The notes under the pieces are model-generated. The model had not been told where the DNA came from, ran no database searches, and saw only the letters and a list, made by a program, of their open reading frames with translations. A stretch of 64,000 bases of DNA from Botryllus schlosseri (Eukaryota): the NCBI GenBank assembly GCA_051294905.1, contig CM119374.1, forward strand, positions 29,884,001-29,948,000. Reading direction: 5' to 3'. Shown here piece after piece: positions 1-10,513 of the stretch. Each line of letters opens with the position of its first letter. Within the stretch, counting starts at the first letter, position 1. The translations under genes and the position numbers were made by a program.

Positions 1-3000
1 AGACGGAGACGTGCCAGTTTGGAGAAGAACTGCTCGAATTCGCATCTGCGGGTAAGCACGATCAAACTATAAGAACCATGTTGGCTGTTGGGATTGCCGC
101 AAATCACCGGCAATGTCAGAAAATTTGATAATGAAGTGTCTCTTAGTCTTTTTGAAGACGCTACGCCGAAGACTTGCATATTAGCGTGAGGGTTCGTCAG
201 GCAGGTAAAAGTTAAGAAGCGCTGTTGTAAAATATTGTTTAGAGAACAAGTATAAATCATCGTTTAAGCGTGCTTTAAACTATCGCGTTTTGTTACCAAT
301 TCCAATGCAACCTTATAGTCAATGAGTATGCGGTTCGAAAAGGTGAAGGTGCAAAGCTACGACATATTTGCATTCAGACTGTCAAGTGTCGGGTGGGGGT
401 CAGGATTGGTTCCGGTGCGGAAACGGCCGCTGCATCCAATCCAGTTTGACCTGCAACGGGGACGACGACTGCGGGGACTCGACAGACGAATATCCGTCCT
501 ACAATCAATCTTGCTCCAACACTGTGAGATAAATCGGTAGCCTACAGCGAAGAGGCTTGAAAACGGGATAGCTTGTTGTTCGCAGGGGGATTATATTTGT
601 GGGGTTCCTGTCCCCGCAAGTCCCACGAGTACTACACCCCCGAGATCGGACCGATATTTCCTCGCAATTCCGGGATTGGACGACTTTGCGTTAGGATTCG
701 ATCTACTGCGTGGTGAGTGAACGCGATAGAAATGGGGAGGGTCACACAATTGACTCTTCAGAAAGGGTCTCATTCCCAGTCTTGGACGGCTAGATAATTT
801 TAGTTGTCTACTTATAGACTAATTAGAGCGAAACGCAGGTAATCTAATTTGAGAAATATAATATACGGTCCAATTTTAATTGTAGGCTATAATCTAATAT
901 ATAATTTTCCTGAAAATACTACAGGAGAACTGTATCGTGTGATACGAGCCAAGCTCACTGAACAGACATTTGTCATTCCAGTGTTTAAATCAATGAAATC
1001 AACTTGATTTTTGTTGTATTTCTTTCTTATTCCAAATTTAATCCAATTTGCAAGTATTTACGAATTCAGTAATTCTAATTCTAATATCTTCAAAAACTGT
1101 GTATAGCTGTAACTGAAATTCGATATTTAATTTGCGATAGCTGAACCGCAGAAGCTTTATGAATTTATTTCAGGAAAGTCAGCGGCCCAAGTGTTGTCCA
1201 TGCGACCTTTCGGATCTTGTCGAAGAGTCGCCAAATCCGGAGAATCCGGATACTACTACAGACTGCCTCACAACGTGAACTCATTCGCTCAAGAACTCTC
1301 GACAAGCGACGGAATGGGGACGGTGCCTGCCTTGCCCTGTCACTTAATTATATCAACGCGACGTCTGTATATGTTGTTTCAGACGTTTCGCAGCGCGGCT
1401 GAAATTTCTGAGCTCAGATCTTCGCTGTTGGCGAACAATTACTTGTTCGGAGGGACTCTCGGAAATAACGACAGCGCTTCCGGTCTGACGCAATATCCGC
1501 TATTCCAGTCGATGATGATGTCGGAAATCGCGTCCAGGAATAAATTCTTCGGGATTTCGACGGATTTGAAAGTCAACATTTTCCAAGTAATACTATTTAT
1601 TTGAGGGGTTCCCAACCCTTTTGACGCCGTGGCCGATTTGAGAATTTTGAAAAGTTAATCGCGCCCTACTTTTTCAACCTTTTGAAATATACTATTCAAT
1701 TGGATATTGAAGTTCTGTACCTCCAAGAAGCTCATTTGAAGCTCTTCTCACAATGTCTTAATTTGTGGAAATCGGCGGTAGGGGAATTGAAAGTAAACTG
1801 GACATCAAGAAGTAGGTTATTACCGGATTAGTATTTTTATTAAACTGCAATTCATTTATTTTGTTATGCGGTAGTGGAATAGACAGATGATAAATTGATT
1901 CATACCCCCTAAAAAGGCTCATTGCGCCCTTAAGTTGGGAACCCCGGATTTACTTCTTTGCTATTTCATGGATAACGATAGGTTCCACATCCTGCACTGA
2001 CATAGCGACATGTACAGAAGACAGAAAAGCTCTGATAGCAATGTCTTCGCAGATAACTTTGAAAGGAGCGAGTTATCTCGAACTTTCAGACTCCTTCATC
2101 CAGCGTTTGTTCGATCTGCCGTCTCAAAACTACAGCCATCAGCGATACTTGGAGTTCGTGAAGGAGTTCGGTACTCACTACGTCACGTCGGGTTCGCTTG
2201 GAGGCCAATACAGACAACTGGCCATTTACGACTCGTAAGTCGCAGAACTGAGACTGCACGCAACAGTGGTGGTCAGTAACGCAGTACAAATCTACTTTTT
2301 CCTCGTTACTCAAACAGCGTATGCATTATTTACTAAATTGGATATATTTTAAGACTACTTGCACTCATCCTTGATCGTCAAAAACAGTCACAAAAACCTG
2401 TCCCTGAGCAGTGAGCAGATAATTACGAACCAGGTCGTTACAAAGTGCCAGGAAGACTGTTTATTTTGATCCGTTGTAGCGCGTGACTACAACCATAGAG
2501 ATCGTCAAAACGTATCGATCGGCAGCGACAAGGGTAGGGGCCGCCCTCCGATGGGAATCGAACCGGGGCCGCCCGATTTAATCGCTTATCGTCACCACTA
2601 CGCTATCTCCCCCGCAGATGCGCGTTGAGTCCATGATTAGGGGGTGACTGCGGATTGGCTCATAAAACACTTGGGGTTATCGAATCATTATGAGATTTGG
2701 GTATGATAAGAGATGTCAAATATCAACGATGGGTGTTTACGTGGTAAAAACGAAGCAACGTCTGCACGACCGCATATAACTGTGATTCCCAACCTTTTTG
2801 TCTTCATTCCCCACAAGACAAAACTTTTGTCATTATGGAGCAGATATTTGCTTGTTTGAGTACACAAGACACACAATCATACCGGTACGCAAGATACTCG
2901 CCTATAACTGCAACATAAAACGTATTGTGAACCGATATTGGTAAACCACAAAATTTAGCGAAAGCGTTATATCACGTCATACCGGTCGTGCTGGATGCGT

Positions 3001-6000
3001 TTGTAACGCCATGATTGGTTATCCGGAGTTAAAATGAGTTTTGTGAACAACGCGCAATATAATTTTCGATACATAGGCCTACATTCTAGAGCAGTTTACT
3101 GGTAACGTTAATCGCGCAGGTGTATCCGTAAATATGTAGACTGTCCTGTATATAGTGTTTAACAAATGCGTCTATTCCCCACCAGAAACCTTGGAATTCC
3201 CCACCGGTTGGGAACCACTGGCATAAAACAACAAGTCCTTAGATTTATTAGAACACGGGCATCATGCTCTGCGACAGGCTCACCCTTGACTCATTTCCTG
3301 AGGCTTGATGAAAACCAGGCAAATGCCATAAATTCTGCCATTGGTAAGCATTTGTTTATCGAGACGACAGATTTCATGTTGTCGGGAGAGGTCGTTCACA
3401 CTTTCATTTGGGTGCTTTGGAGGAGTAGACTTTTATCAGAATACGCGAACCAAACCTGTGCCTACAGGAGTTCATGTACCATCTAAAATTGTGCATTAAG
3501 CTTAAGCTCTCTCCTCGCCCCGATTATTCGAAATTAAAAAAATATTCACGATGTACCATTGAGCCCCTGTATCCATTGTGCCCACCTTCCGCTATATTGA
3601 GGATCTGTACCTTCAAGAGTTTTTTCAAATACTTTTATACTTGAGTAGAACTACTGATTAAACTCTGTCTGCTTCTTATTTCCGCAGATGCACGACCTTG
3701 AACGACCCGGACGTGGGTTACGAATTCCAAGTCGAGCCGCTCAAATTTCAAGAAAAAATTCTCTTCTGCGAGAAACAGACCTTGAAACTGGCTCTGAACC
3801 CCGGTTTGACTTTGCCGAGCGTTTGCTTGAAATCGAACGCAAGTGAGTTAATTGAGAACAGGACGTGACGTGACCTTCCCATGACATGCCGCCCTATTTC
3901 TCGTCGCATTCTTTTTCTATACTATCTTCTTTACTTTCATTCAGTGTGCATGCCTCCTCTTTACATCGCCTAGGCCAAGGTGGGTGTCAGATTCCATAGA
4001 CTATACTCCTTGTCGCTTCGACATCTTCCTGTCTTTTCATTGTATCGCATTTTTTGTGGTGTATTGAACTGATAAAATTGCTAATAAACCAATGATGATG
4101 ATGATGATGAGTTGGACAAATAGGAGAAAACTTTCAGCTTTGCAAATTATATTATAATTTTAGCTGTGCACACTTTGCAAAATTAGATTTGAATTCAGAA
4201 CGAATAACTGAATTCGCAAAAAAAAAATTTGGAAATTGAGATTAATTCTGGACTAGAAAGAAATACAACAAAAGTTCAAGTTCACTTCATATCAATTCCG
4301 AGTTCATTTTCGTAAGCACGAGAATGGCAAATATTTGTTCGCCGGGTTTGGCTCGTTTCGCACGATAGGGATATCCGGTAGCTTTTTTAGGGAATTTGAA
4401 TTGAAATGAAAGCATATAGAAACATATCACGAATAAGGTTCGACTTTGATTACCTCTATTTAGTAGCCTATGGGTTACCAAACGTCTTCCTTCAGGTGGA
4501 TTTGTCCTACTTTTTCAAGAAATGTCCCCCCTTCGCCCAAATGTCCTCCTTTGTGGAAGATTAGCCCTCCCTGTTAGCTTAAAATACCCCAAAAGAACCA
4601 TGAACTACGCGAAATGTGGGGCGAATGTACGAGAGATCTGTATTTCGGGAGTCGAGTTCGAAAAATGGCATTTATTATTAGTCAACTCGTCAAATATATA
4701 AGCTAGAAACGGGTATTTTGTGAGTCGAGTCGGAAAAATAAGGTATTTTCATTCAACCCATGCACCTATACCTGAGTGAATTTGAAAATCAGCCGTTTTC
4801 TCGTCGGCTGCAGTGAATTTTGCAGCCTGTGGAAAGTGTCCTCTTTAAAGGATCTCAAAATATGGTAGCCCTATCATTAGACACTAGAATAATCTATATG
4901 TTGCCCAAGTCTAGATGCGATGTAGCCCTTCCATAATACCCGTATTCTGCAGACAGTGTGGTGGATGACGCACTCTCTCGTGATGTCAGCATAATGGGAG
5001 GGAGCATATCCACTATCGCGGCTTTAATGCAGTCCGTGACTAGCGCCACTATGCAGCAATGGATGACATCAGTCGTAGACTATCCGACTCTGATACCACG
5101 AGACTTCAAACTTGAGAGGATTTCAAGGCGAGTTGCTATCAGTGTTTTGATTTGGTCAAAAATTTTATGAAGTAAAATTATAAAAGAAGAAAATTGAAAA
5201 AAAGACGAAGAAAATGATTGCCTGGAAACTCATCTATGCCGACTAACATTCAGAATACACCAAAATAGTCACCGTTCGTACTCGAGTAGATGCTTCGTAA
5301 ATTTCTATACGTGTACAATGTACATTAGGGCGGTTCAAAAATAACTTTTTTCGCGGATTCCAGCCATTCACTGATTAAATTGTCAGGTTACCCTTAAAAA
5401 CGCTGCACACCAAATTTAATTCAATTCTAACGAGTATAGGACTGCCGCAGATCCAATAAAAAATTTTAATTTAATAGAGAAAATAAAAAAAAATTCTACT
5501 TTTTCTCTCAACCCTATGGAATTGTTGAGCCGTCTTCAAAGGCGATGCGAAACACATTTGACTGAATTCCGACTAGTAGAAGCGGAGTTATGTGAGTTTT
5601 TCGTTGATAATTCTCGGATTGCCTTAATCGGCAGATAATCCTTGATCGGCAGATAATCCGAGAATTATCAACGATAAACTCACATAACTCCGCTGAAAGT
5701 ATAGCTTAAAATCATAAGTACGCGATTAAGTAAAACAAGTAACGAAATACTTCTACTTTTCGGAGTACTCCAAGTAGATTTTGCCTACTCGCACTATGCT
5801 TCCTCAAGTAGTTAATATTTACACTACTTCTACTTGACAGTTTTCAGTTTTTCAGGTCAAAATAGGCATAGACTACTTAGTTTTTTACTTACTTGTAAGT
5901 TGCTACTTCTACTCCTACAGAAATTTACGGAGTTACTTCCACTTTTACTTGAGCACCTCTGAACACCGAATTTCAAACCTTTCTGCTCAATATAAGTATA

Positions 6001-7624
6001 TGTAAGACTGTACCAAATTGTATTCGGGTCGTAAAATCTGCAATACTGGTCGGATCGAGCTGAATTTGGTACGCTAGAACGTGGAATTTTACGAAGTTTT
6101 CAAAAATTTCTGACTTGTCGAACAACAAATTTAAAAGCTCGTACATCGCATGGTGGAAATTAGAAAGTTTTTCAATTTTCACCCATAATATGTGTTTTGA
6201 TGTAGTTTGTTGCAAAATCCGTTACCGCAGTTAACCACGGAGCAAAGACATCGAATCAAGAAGTTTCTCGACAGAGTGATTGATGTGAGAACATTTTTAA
6301 ATGTAAATTTTTCGTATTTGATGATTATATGTCACTTTGGCAGACTTATTTGGAGCCTTACGATGCCGCCAATTTGTGCGAAGAATTTAGTGCGAAAGGC
6401 GCTTGCAAGGACACGTGCAGTCAATACGACGAGGTCTGTATATTGTTTCCGTGTATGACATCTTCACAGAGTTGGACTGCTACAACATTTTTAGCCATAT
6501 TAAATTAGAATTAGAATGATAGGTACACATTTGTTTCAAATTCGATTGCAATTAGAATTATAGCTACACGTTTTTTTTTAAATTTGATTAGAATTAGAAT
6601 TATATCTACACATTTTCTAAATTAGATAAGAATTAGAATGATAGCGACAGTTTTCTCCAAATTATATTAGAATTAGAATACTAGCTACATTTTTTTGCGA
6701 ATTAGCTCATAATTAGGATGATATTAACACACATTTTTTTCTAAATTCGTTTAGAATTGGAATAATATCGACACATTTTCTAAATTCGATTAGATTTAGA
6801 ATGATACCCACAGTTTTCTCTAAATTATATTAAAATTAGAATAATAGCTAAATTTTTGTTCCGAATTACATTAGAATTATTTCACTTGTTAAAATACTTT
6901 TAACTGAGGTGGTCAGTATCGAAGCACTTCTACTTTTCAAAGTACTTCAAGTAGATTCTGCCTACTTGAACTATACTTCCTTCAGTGGTTGTGAATCTAT
7001 GCTACTTCTACTTCTTCTTGATAGTTTTCCGTGTTTTTAGACAAAGCTAGGCCTACAAAACTTGAATTTAACCTTACTTGGAAATGTCTACTTCTACTTC
7101 TATACTTGATTACCGACCGTGACTACTTTGATCAGCCCTGCTTATTAATGGATTTAAATTCCTAATTAAAAATAATCAAATCATGGTTAGCATGATAATG
7201 GCAAACGTCTGTGCACCGTGCTTGGATCATTTCGCTCGATACAGTTCTCCTGTAGCATTTTTCGGAAAATCAATTAAAATGAGAGACTTAGGTTACCAGC
7301 ATTTCGCTCTAATTAGTTCAATTAAACAAGTAGAATTATCTAGTTGTGCGACTCTGGTTAGGACAGACTCTCCAATCACAGAATAGGATGTATCTGACGG
7401 GGACCGGCGGGCAGAACTACAGATGTTTGTGCGCTTGTTCGGGGCCGCCGTCTGACATCACATGCAGCGCGGGTAATACATCTTTTTTTCATACGAGAAT
7501 GTGACTTTAGTCGCACTGAATTGACATTATACACGCCCTCATCTGTTTTGCAGGTGAAAGAATATCTGATACGTCTCTCCTGTTATCGATATCACTGCTT
7601 TCCGCATTCTCTGCTCTGTATTGA
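1..7624 (+). CDS. Complement C6-like MACPF protein (LDL-receptor class A + MACPF + EGF-like + predicted GPI-anchor signal); 5' end lies outside the window
   Basis: Phase-consistent exons: 1-51, 378-523, 586-712, 1174-1322, 1383-1586, 2053-2234, 3688-3842, 4953-5127, 6206-6284, 6344-6433, 7382-7472, 7554-7624 (1518 nt from position 3, i.e. 505 aa + stop). LDLa motif [28 protein letters not shown]; MACPF entry [16 protein letters not shown]; MACPF signature [13 protein letters not shown]; MACPF exit [25 protein letters not shown]; EGF-like [16 protein letters not shown]. This domain order is that of terminal complement components. Confidence 0.9.
1603..1947. mobile_element. Non-autonomous hAT-type element (MITE)
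   Basis: TIR (G)AGGGGTTCCCAAC / GTTGGGAACCCC(GG); 8-bp TSD ATTTATTT / ATTTACTT (7/8). Confidence 0.75.
2460..2613 (-). mobile_element. tRNA-derived SINE
   Basis: Minus strand starts GGGGGAGATAGCGTAGTGG (Pol III A box), has GGTTCGATTCC (B box) about 40 nt later, then a non-tRNA body ending in AAAATAAAC. Confidence 0.7.
2780..3220. mobile_element. Non-autonomous hAT-type element (MITE)
   Basis: TIR CTGTGATTCCCAACC / GGTTGGGAACCACTG; TSD GCATATAA / GCATAAAA (7/8). Confidence 0.75.
3860..4112 (+). mobile_element. 3' tail of a LINE-like (CR1/L2-type) retroelement; dispersed family
   Basis: Motif CTCCTAGTCGCTTCGACACCTTCCTATCTTTTCATTGTATCGCA followed by AATAAA and an (ATG)n tail. Related copies at about 8700-8900(+), 9295-9545(-), 10790-11070(+), 21780-22070(+), 51100-51290(-), 52100-52420(-), 52490-52540(-), 52880-52970(+), 53070-53210(+), 60715-60790(+). 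Class inferred from 5' truncation and the simple-repeat tail. Confidence 0.6.
5128..6205 (+). other. GC-AG intron in the C6-like gene
   Basis: Donor AAG|GCGAGT at 5128 and acceptor TGTAG| at 6205 give a phase-2 junction reading ...ERIS-S-LLQNP..., the expected end of the MACPF domain. Confidence 0.75.
5326..5797. mobile_element. Truncated copy of the fold-back hAT MITE family (see 12430-13047)
   Basis: Begins TAGGGCGGTTCAAAAATAAC and follows the left arm and central hairpin of the 12430 element; most of the right arm is missing. Further fragments near 25270-25550, 27090-27360, 28380-28600, 32170-32640 and 56450-56820. Confidence 0.7.
6490..6880. repeat. AATTAGAATTAG-type degenerate tandem array (about 40-bp units), part of a dispersed intron-filling repeat family
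   Basis: Units like AAATTAGATTAGAATTAGAATGATAGCTACAC. Similar arrays, often with CAGACTTGGACAACTAG-like ends, at about 830-1130, 4140-4440, 18660-19187 continuing 21078-21360, 25600-25900, 38760-38930, 39480-39960, 43100-43340 and 46660-46945. Confidence 0.75.
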
Positions 7625-7731
7625 TCTAGGAAACAGACGTATTCATTTAATATTGATATATAAACGTTTTTCAATACCTCTGGTCCAGATTGAGAGAGTG
7701 GTAAATTTCGAACAATGAATATACTAGTCAG

Positions 7732-8691
7732 TGGGGATGGTGTGAACGCGAGGTTCACGTTCGCGTTCTGTGTGTGAACCTCAGAAATTTAGAGGTTCAC
7801 GTTCACAAACGAACCTTGGTAGGTTCTGCACTGTGAACCTTTTTCATAAATTACTATTTTCACTTCATTATAACATCTTTCGATGAAATTTACTGCATTT
7901 CAACTGCGGGCCACTCTATGCATAGCGTTGGCAGCATAGAAAAACCAACACTAAACGAGCATGCACCTTGAAAATCTCAAAAATTTTACTTGCTTCGCTA
8001 CAAAAGTTTGCTCGAAATATCCAGCTTTCCGTTTGTGAATATTTATTGACTCTCTGCTGTGAGCGTGACCCGCAATCACAAAACATCAAGAGCGAAATAC
8101 ACTACATGTAGGATTGTAGGTAGTCAGCGAATGATACTTATTCAACCAATCAGTGAAATTGATATCGTTGTCTGATGTAAAATATCTAGCAGGCGTACGG
8201 GGTCAATCCTGCTTGCACATGTTTATTTTATCATAAAAACTAAATCCGTGCGATCGCGGTGTTGGCTACTGCTGTATAACTTGGTAATGAGGTAATAGCG
8301 GTAGCAAGAATAGAAACTCGGACGCCGAATACAATGTCCGGTCTGGCCTAGACCGTCAAGGCGTAAGCTTTAATTCTCTTGCAAGTCCTTTTTGCAATTG
8401 TTGGCAACGAGACGGAAGATATTGATTTTATCGGATTATTATACCATTCGATTGCCCCAGTTGATACATTAGGCGACGTTAAAAACATCAATATGTAGCC
8501 TACTTCAGCATCGTGACATTATGTGGCCTGCGTTGTCGCTATAGGTATCGTGTACATTAAAACAGGCTATTACTTCGCTGAAATGTATAGGGTTGGAATT
8601 AGCAATATTCACGTTCGTGTTCACACAGAACCTTTCAAAAAGGTTCGCGTTCACACTAACCTGAACCTTTCAGAGGTTCACGCCATCCCTA
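7732..8691. mobile_element. Non-autonomous hAT-type element, 960 bp, about 110 nt after the C6-like stop codon
   Basis: TIR TGGGGATGGTGTGAAC / GTTCACGCCATCCCTA; perfect TSD CTAGTCAG; subterminal GTTCAC/GAACC repeats. Confidence 0.9.
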
Positions 8692-8991
8692 CTAGTCAGC
8701 CCGCAAGATTAATAACCGGACCTCGATCTGACAATATCGACCTTGCCTAGGATACATGCGTCATTCATTTTCATCTCTAGTTCTTTTATGTTATCCCTTA
8801 AATTTCTTTCCATCTGATTGCAAAGACTACTCCAAGTCGGTTTGACATCTTCCTCTCTTTTCAGTATCGCAATCTTGTTATGTTTTGAAATGATGATATT
8901 AGTATTAAACTGGCACTGATCGTCTCTATATTAGGCCTATTGTTTTACAATTGGATGGCTGGTCGATAGAACTGATCACCAGTATTTCGCA

Positions 8992-9030
8992 CAGAGATAT
9001 CAATAGAACTAGAAGTTCTAGATATCCCTG
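8992..9030. mobile_element. Ultra-short (39 bp) TIR element
   Basis: CAGAGATATCAATAGAACTAGAAGTTCTAGATATCCCTG flanked by a perfect 8-bp direct repeat ATTTCGCA (8984-8991 and 9031-9038). Confidence 0.8.
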
Positions 9031-9589
9031 ATTTCGCATTTTCCGAGTTAGGCAAATTGAAACCCAAGCAGCGTTTCACAGTCCTATTTTCTACAGTTTT
9101 GCGAACAGTAGGAATCACTCAGACACAGGATTCGACAACTGTAGCAAACTGTAAAATGATCTAGTGTTTATCTTACTTAGTCAGATTTATATTAGTCATT
9201 TTGCAGCGACGTTCATTTGCAATCTTTTAGTGGAGGCGATTACATCACATTTCAATTTATCGTTAACCTTTTCACCATTTCAATATGGAACACCACAATT
9301 AGACTGAGATACGGTGAAAAGATAGGAAGGTGTCTACACGACTAGGAGCAGTGTTTGAAACCTGACGCCCTCCCGGCCTAGGGCCTTGGGCGACGTAAAA
9401 AGGAGGCATGCACAATTCACAATGCACATGCACACTGAATGAGAGTTAAAGAAGTTAATATAAAAGGCAGGCGACAAAAAGAGGAGGCATGTGTCGGAAG
9501 GCGAGATCAAGATGTCAAGACGAATTCCGGTAAACTTGAGGACACATTCGCGCAAAGGCATGTGCTGATTCGCCGAGGATAGTTCAATA

Positions 9590-10513
9590 CAGTGTTGGGA
9601 TGACTCGAGTCATATGACTTGACTCGAGTCAGACTCGAGTCAACTTTTTCGTATGACTTGACTTGACTCGAGTCACTCGGAGCAAAATTTACGAGTCAAT
9701 TCAAGTCATCAAGTAAATGATTTTGAATAAATCACTGTATCTTGTGTATGTTCGGATAGTTCGAGATACGCCTGTGTCACTTGTGTGAGCAACCATAGCC
9801 ATTAACTGATTCTACGTTACACTATCATCCATTGTTAGAGCATAAATAAATTGACCGCAAACTAAACGATCACAGCTTACGTTGTCAAAGTTGACTAATC
9901 TAAATAGCAATGTGTCTCTGTTTCTTAGACGGCTCGATGGTTACGTTGCGCAGTGCTCACATTTACCAACCCTCTTATGATTTAAATCGAACAAATATGG
10001 TTTGTGCGTTTAAATTCTCACGGATGTGTAGATTGGTAGTGTAGTCTATTGTGCCATATTAATTTGTTTCAACTTCTTGAAGCTTCGTATTAGGTCCCAT
10101 ATTTTGGTTGATATTAACTGACTCTAGAATGTAGCTGTACAATTACTCACGTATTTTATTACCGGTACTACGTGTGCGTGAGGGATACAACGTCTTTTTG
10201 CATGTATATTTAACTAGATATCCGTTATTTGATTCAAGATAAATGATAAATTAATCCGTCTTTCATACAGCTAGCAAAATTTAATGACTTTGAATCATCA
10301 CTCATACTTCGAAAATTCAATTTGACTTGAATTGTGACTTGACTCGTGACTTGACTTGACTCGACTTGACTCGAGTCACCTCCAAAAAAACGAGTGACTT
10401 GACTTGACTCGAGTCACCTTTGAAAATTGATTGACTTGACTTGACTCGAGTCAAAATCTGCAATGACTCGAGATGACTCGTGACTCGAAGGTAGTGACTT
10501 GATCCCAACACTG
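9590..10513. mobile_element. Non-autonomous hAT-type element with GACTCGAGTC/GACTT subterminal arrays (copy 1)
   Basis: TIR CAGTGTTGGGAT / ATCCCAACACTG; TSD GTTCAATA / GTTCAAGA (7/8). Confidence 0.9.

Noticed and set aside
2540-2613. tRNA gene
   Set aside because: A and B boxes are present but there is no convincing anticodon or acceptor stem, and it continues into a SINE-like body and tail.
7190-7276. Alternative last exon for the C6-like gene (HDNGKRLC...RKIN-stop) that would give a secreted form
   Set aside because: The acceptor lacks a pyrimidine tract, and exon 7382-7472 supplies a much better EGF-like continuation. Not excluded without RNA data.
10317-10511. Short ORFs with SQVKS or QLELEL repeats (also 23460-23669 and 43386-43586)
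   Set aside because: They are translations of subterminal and tandem DNA repeats.
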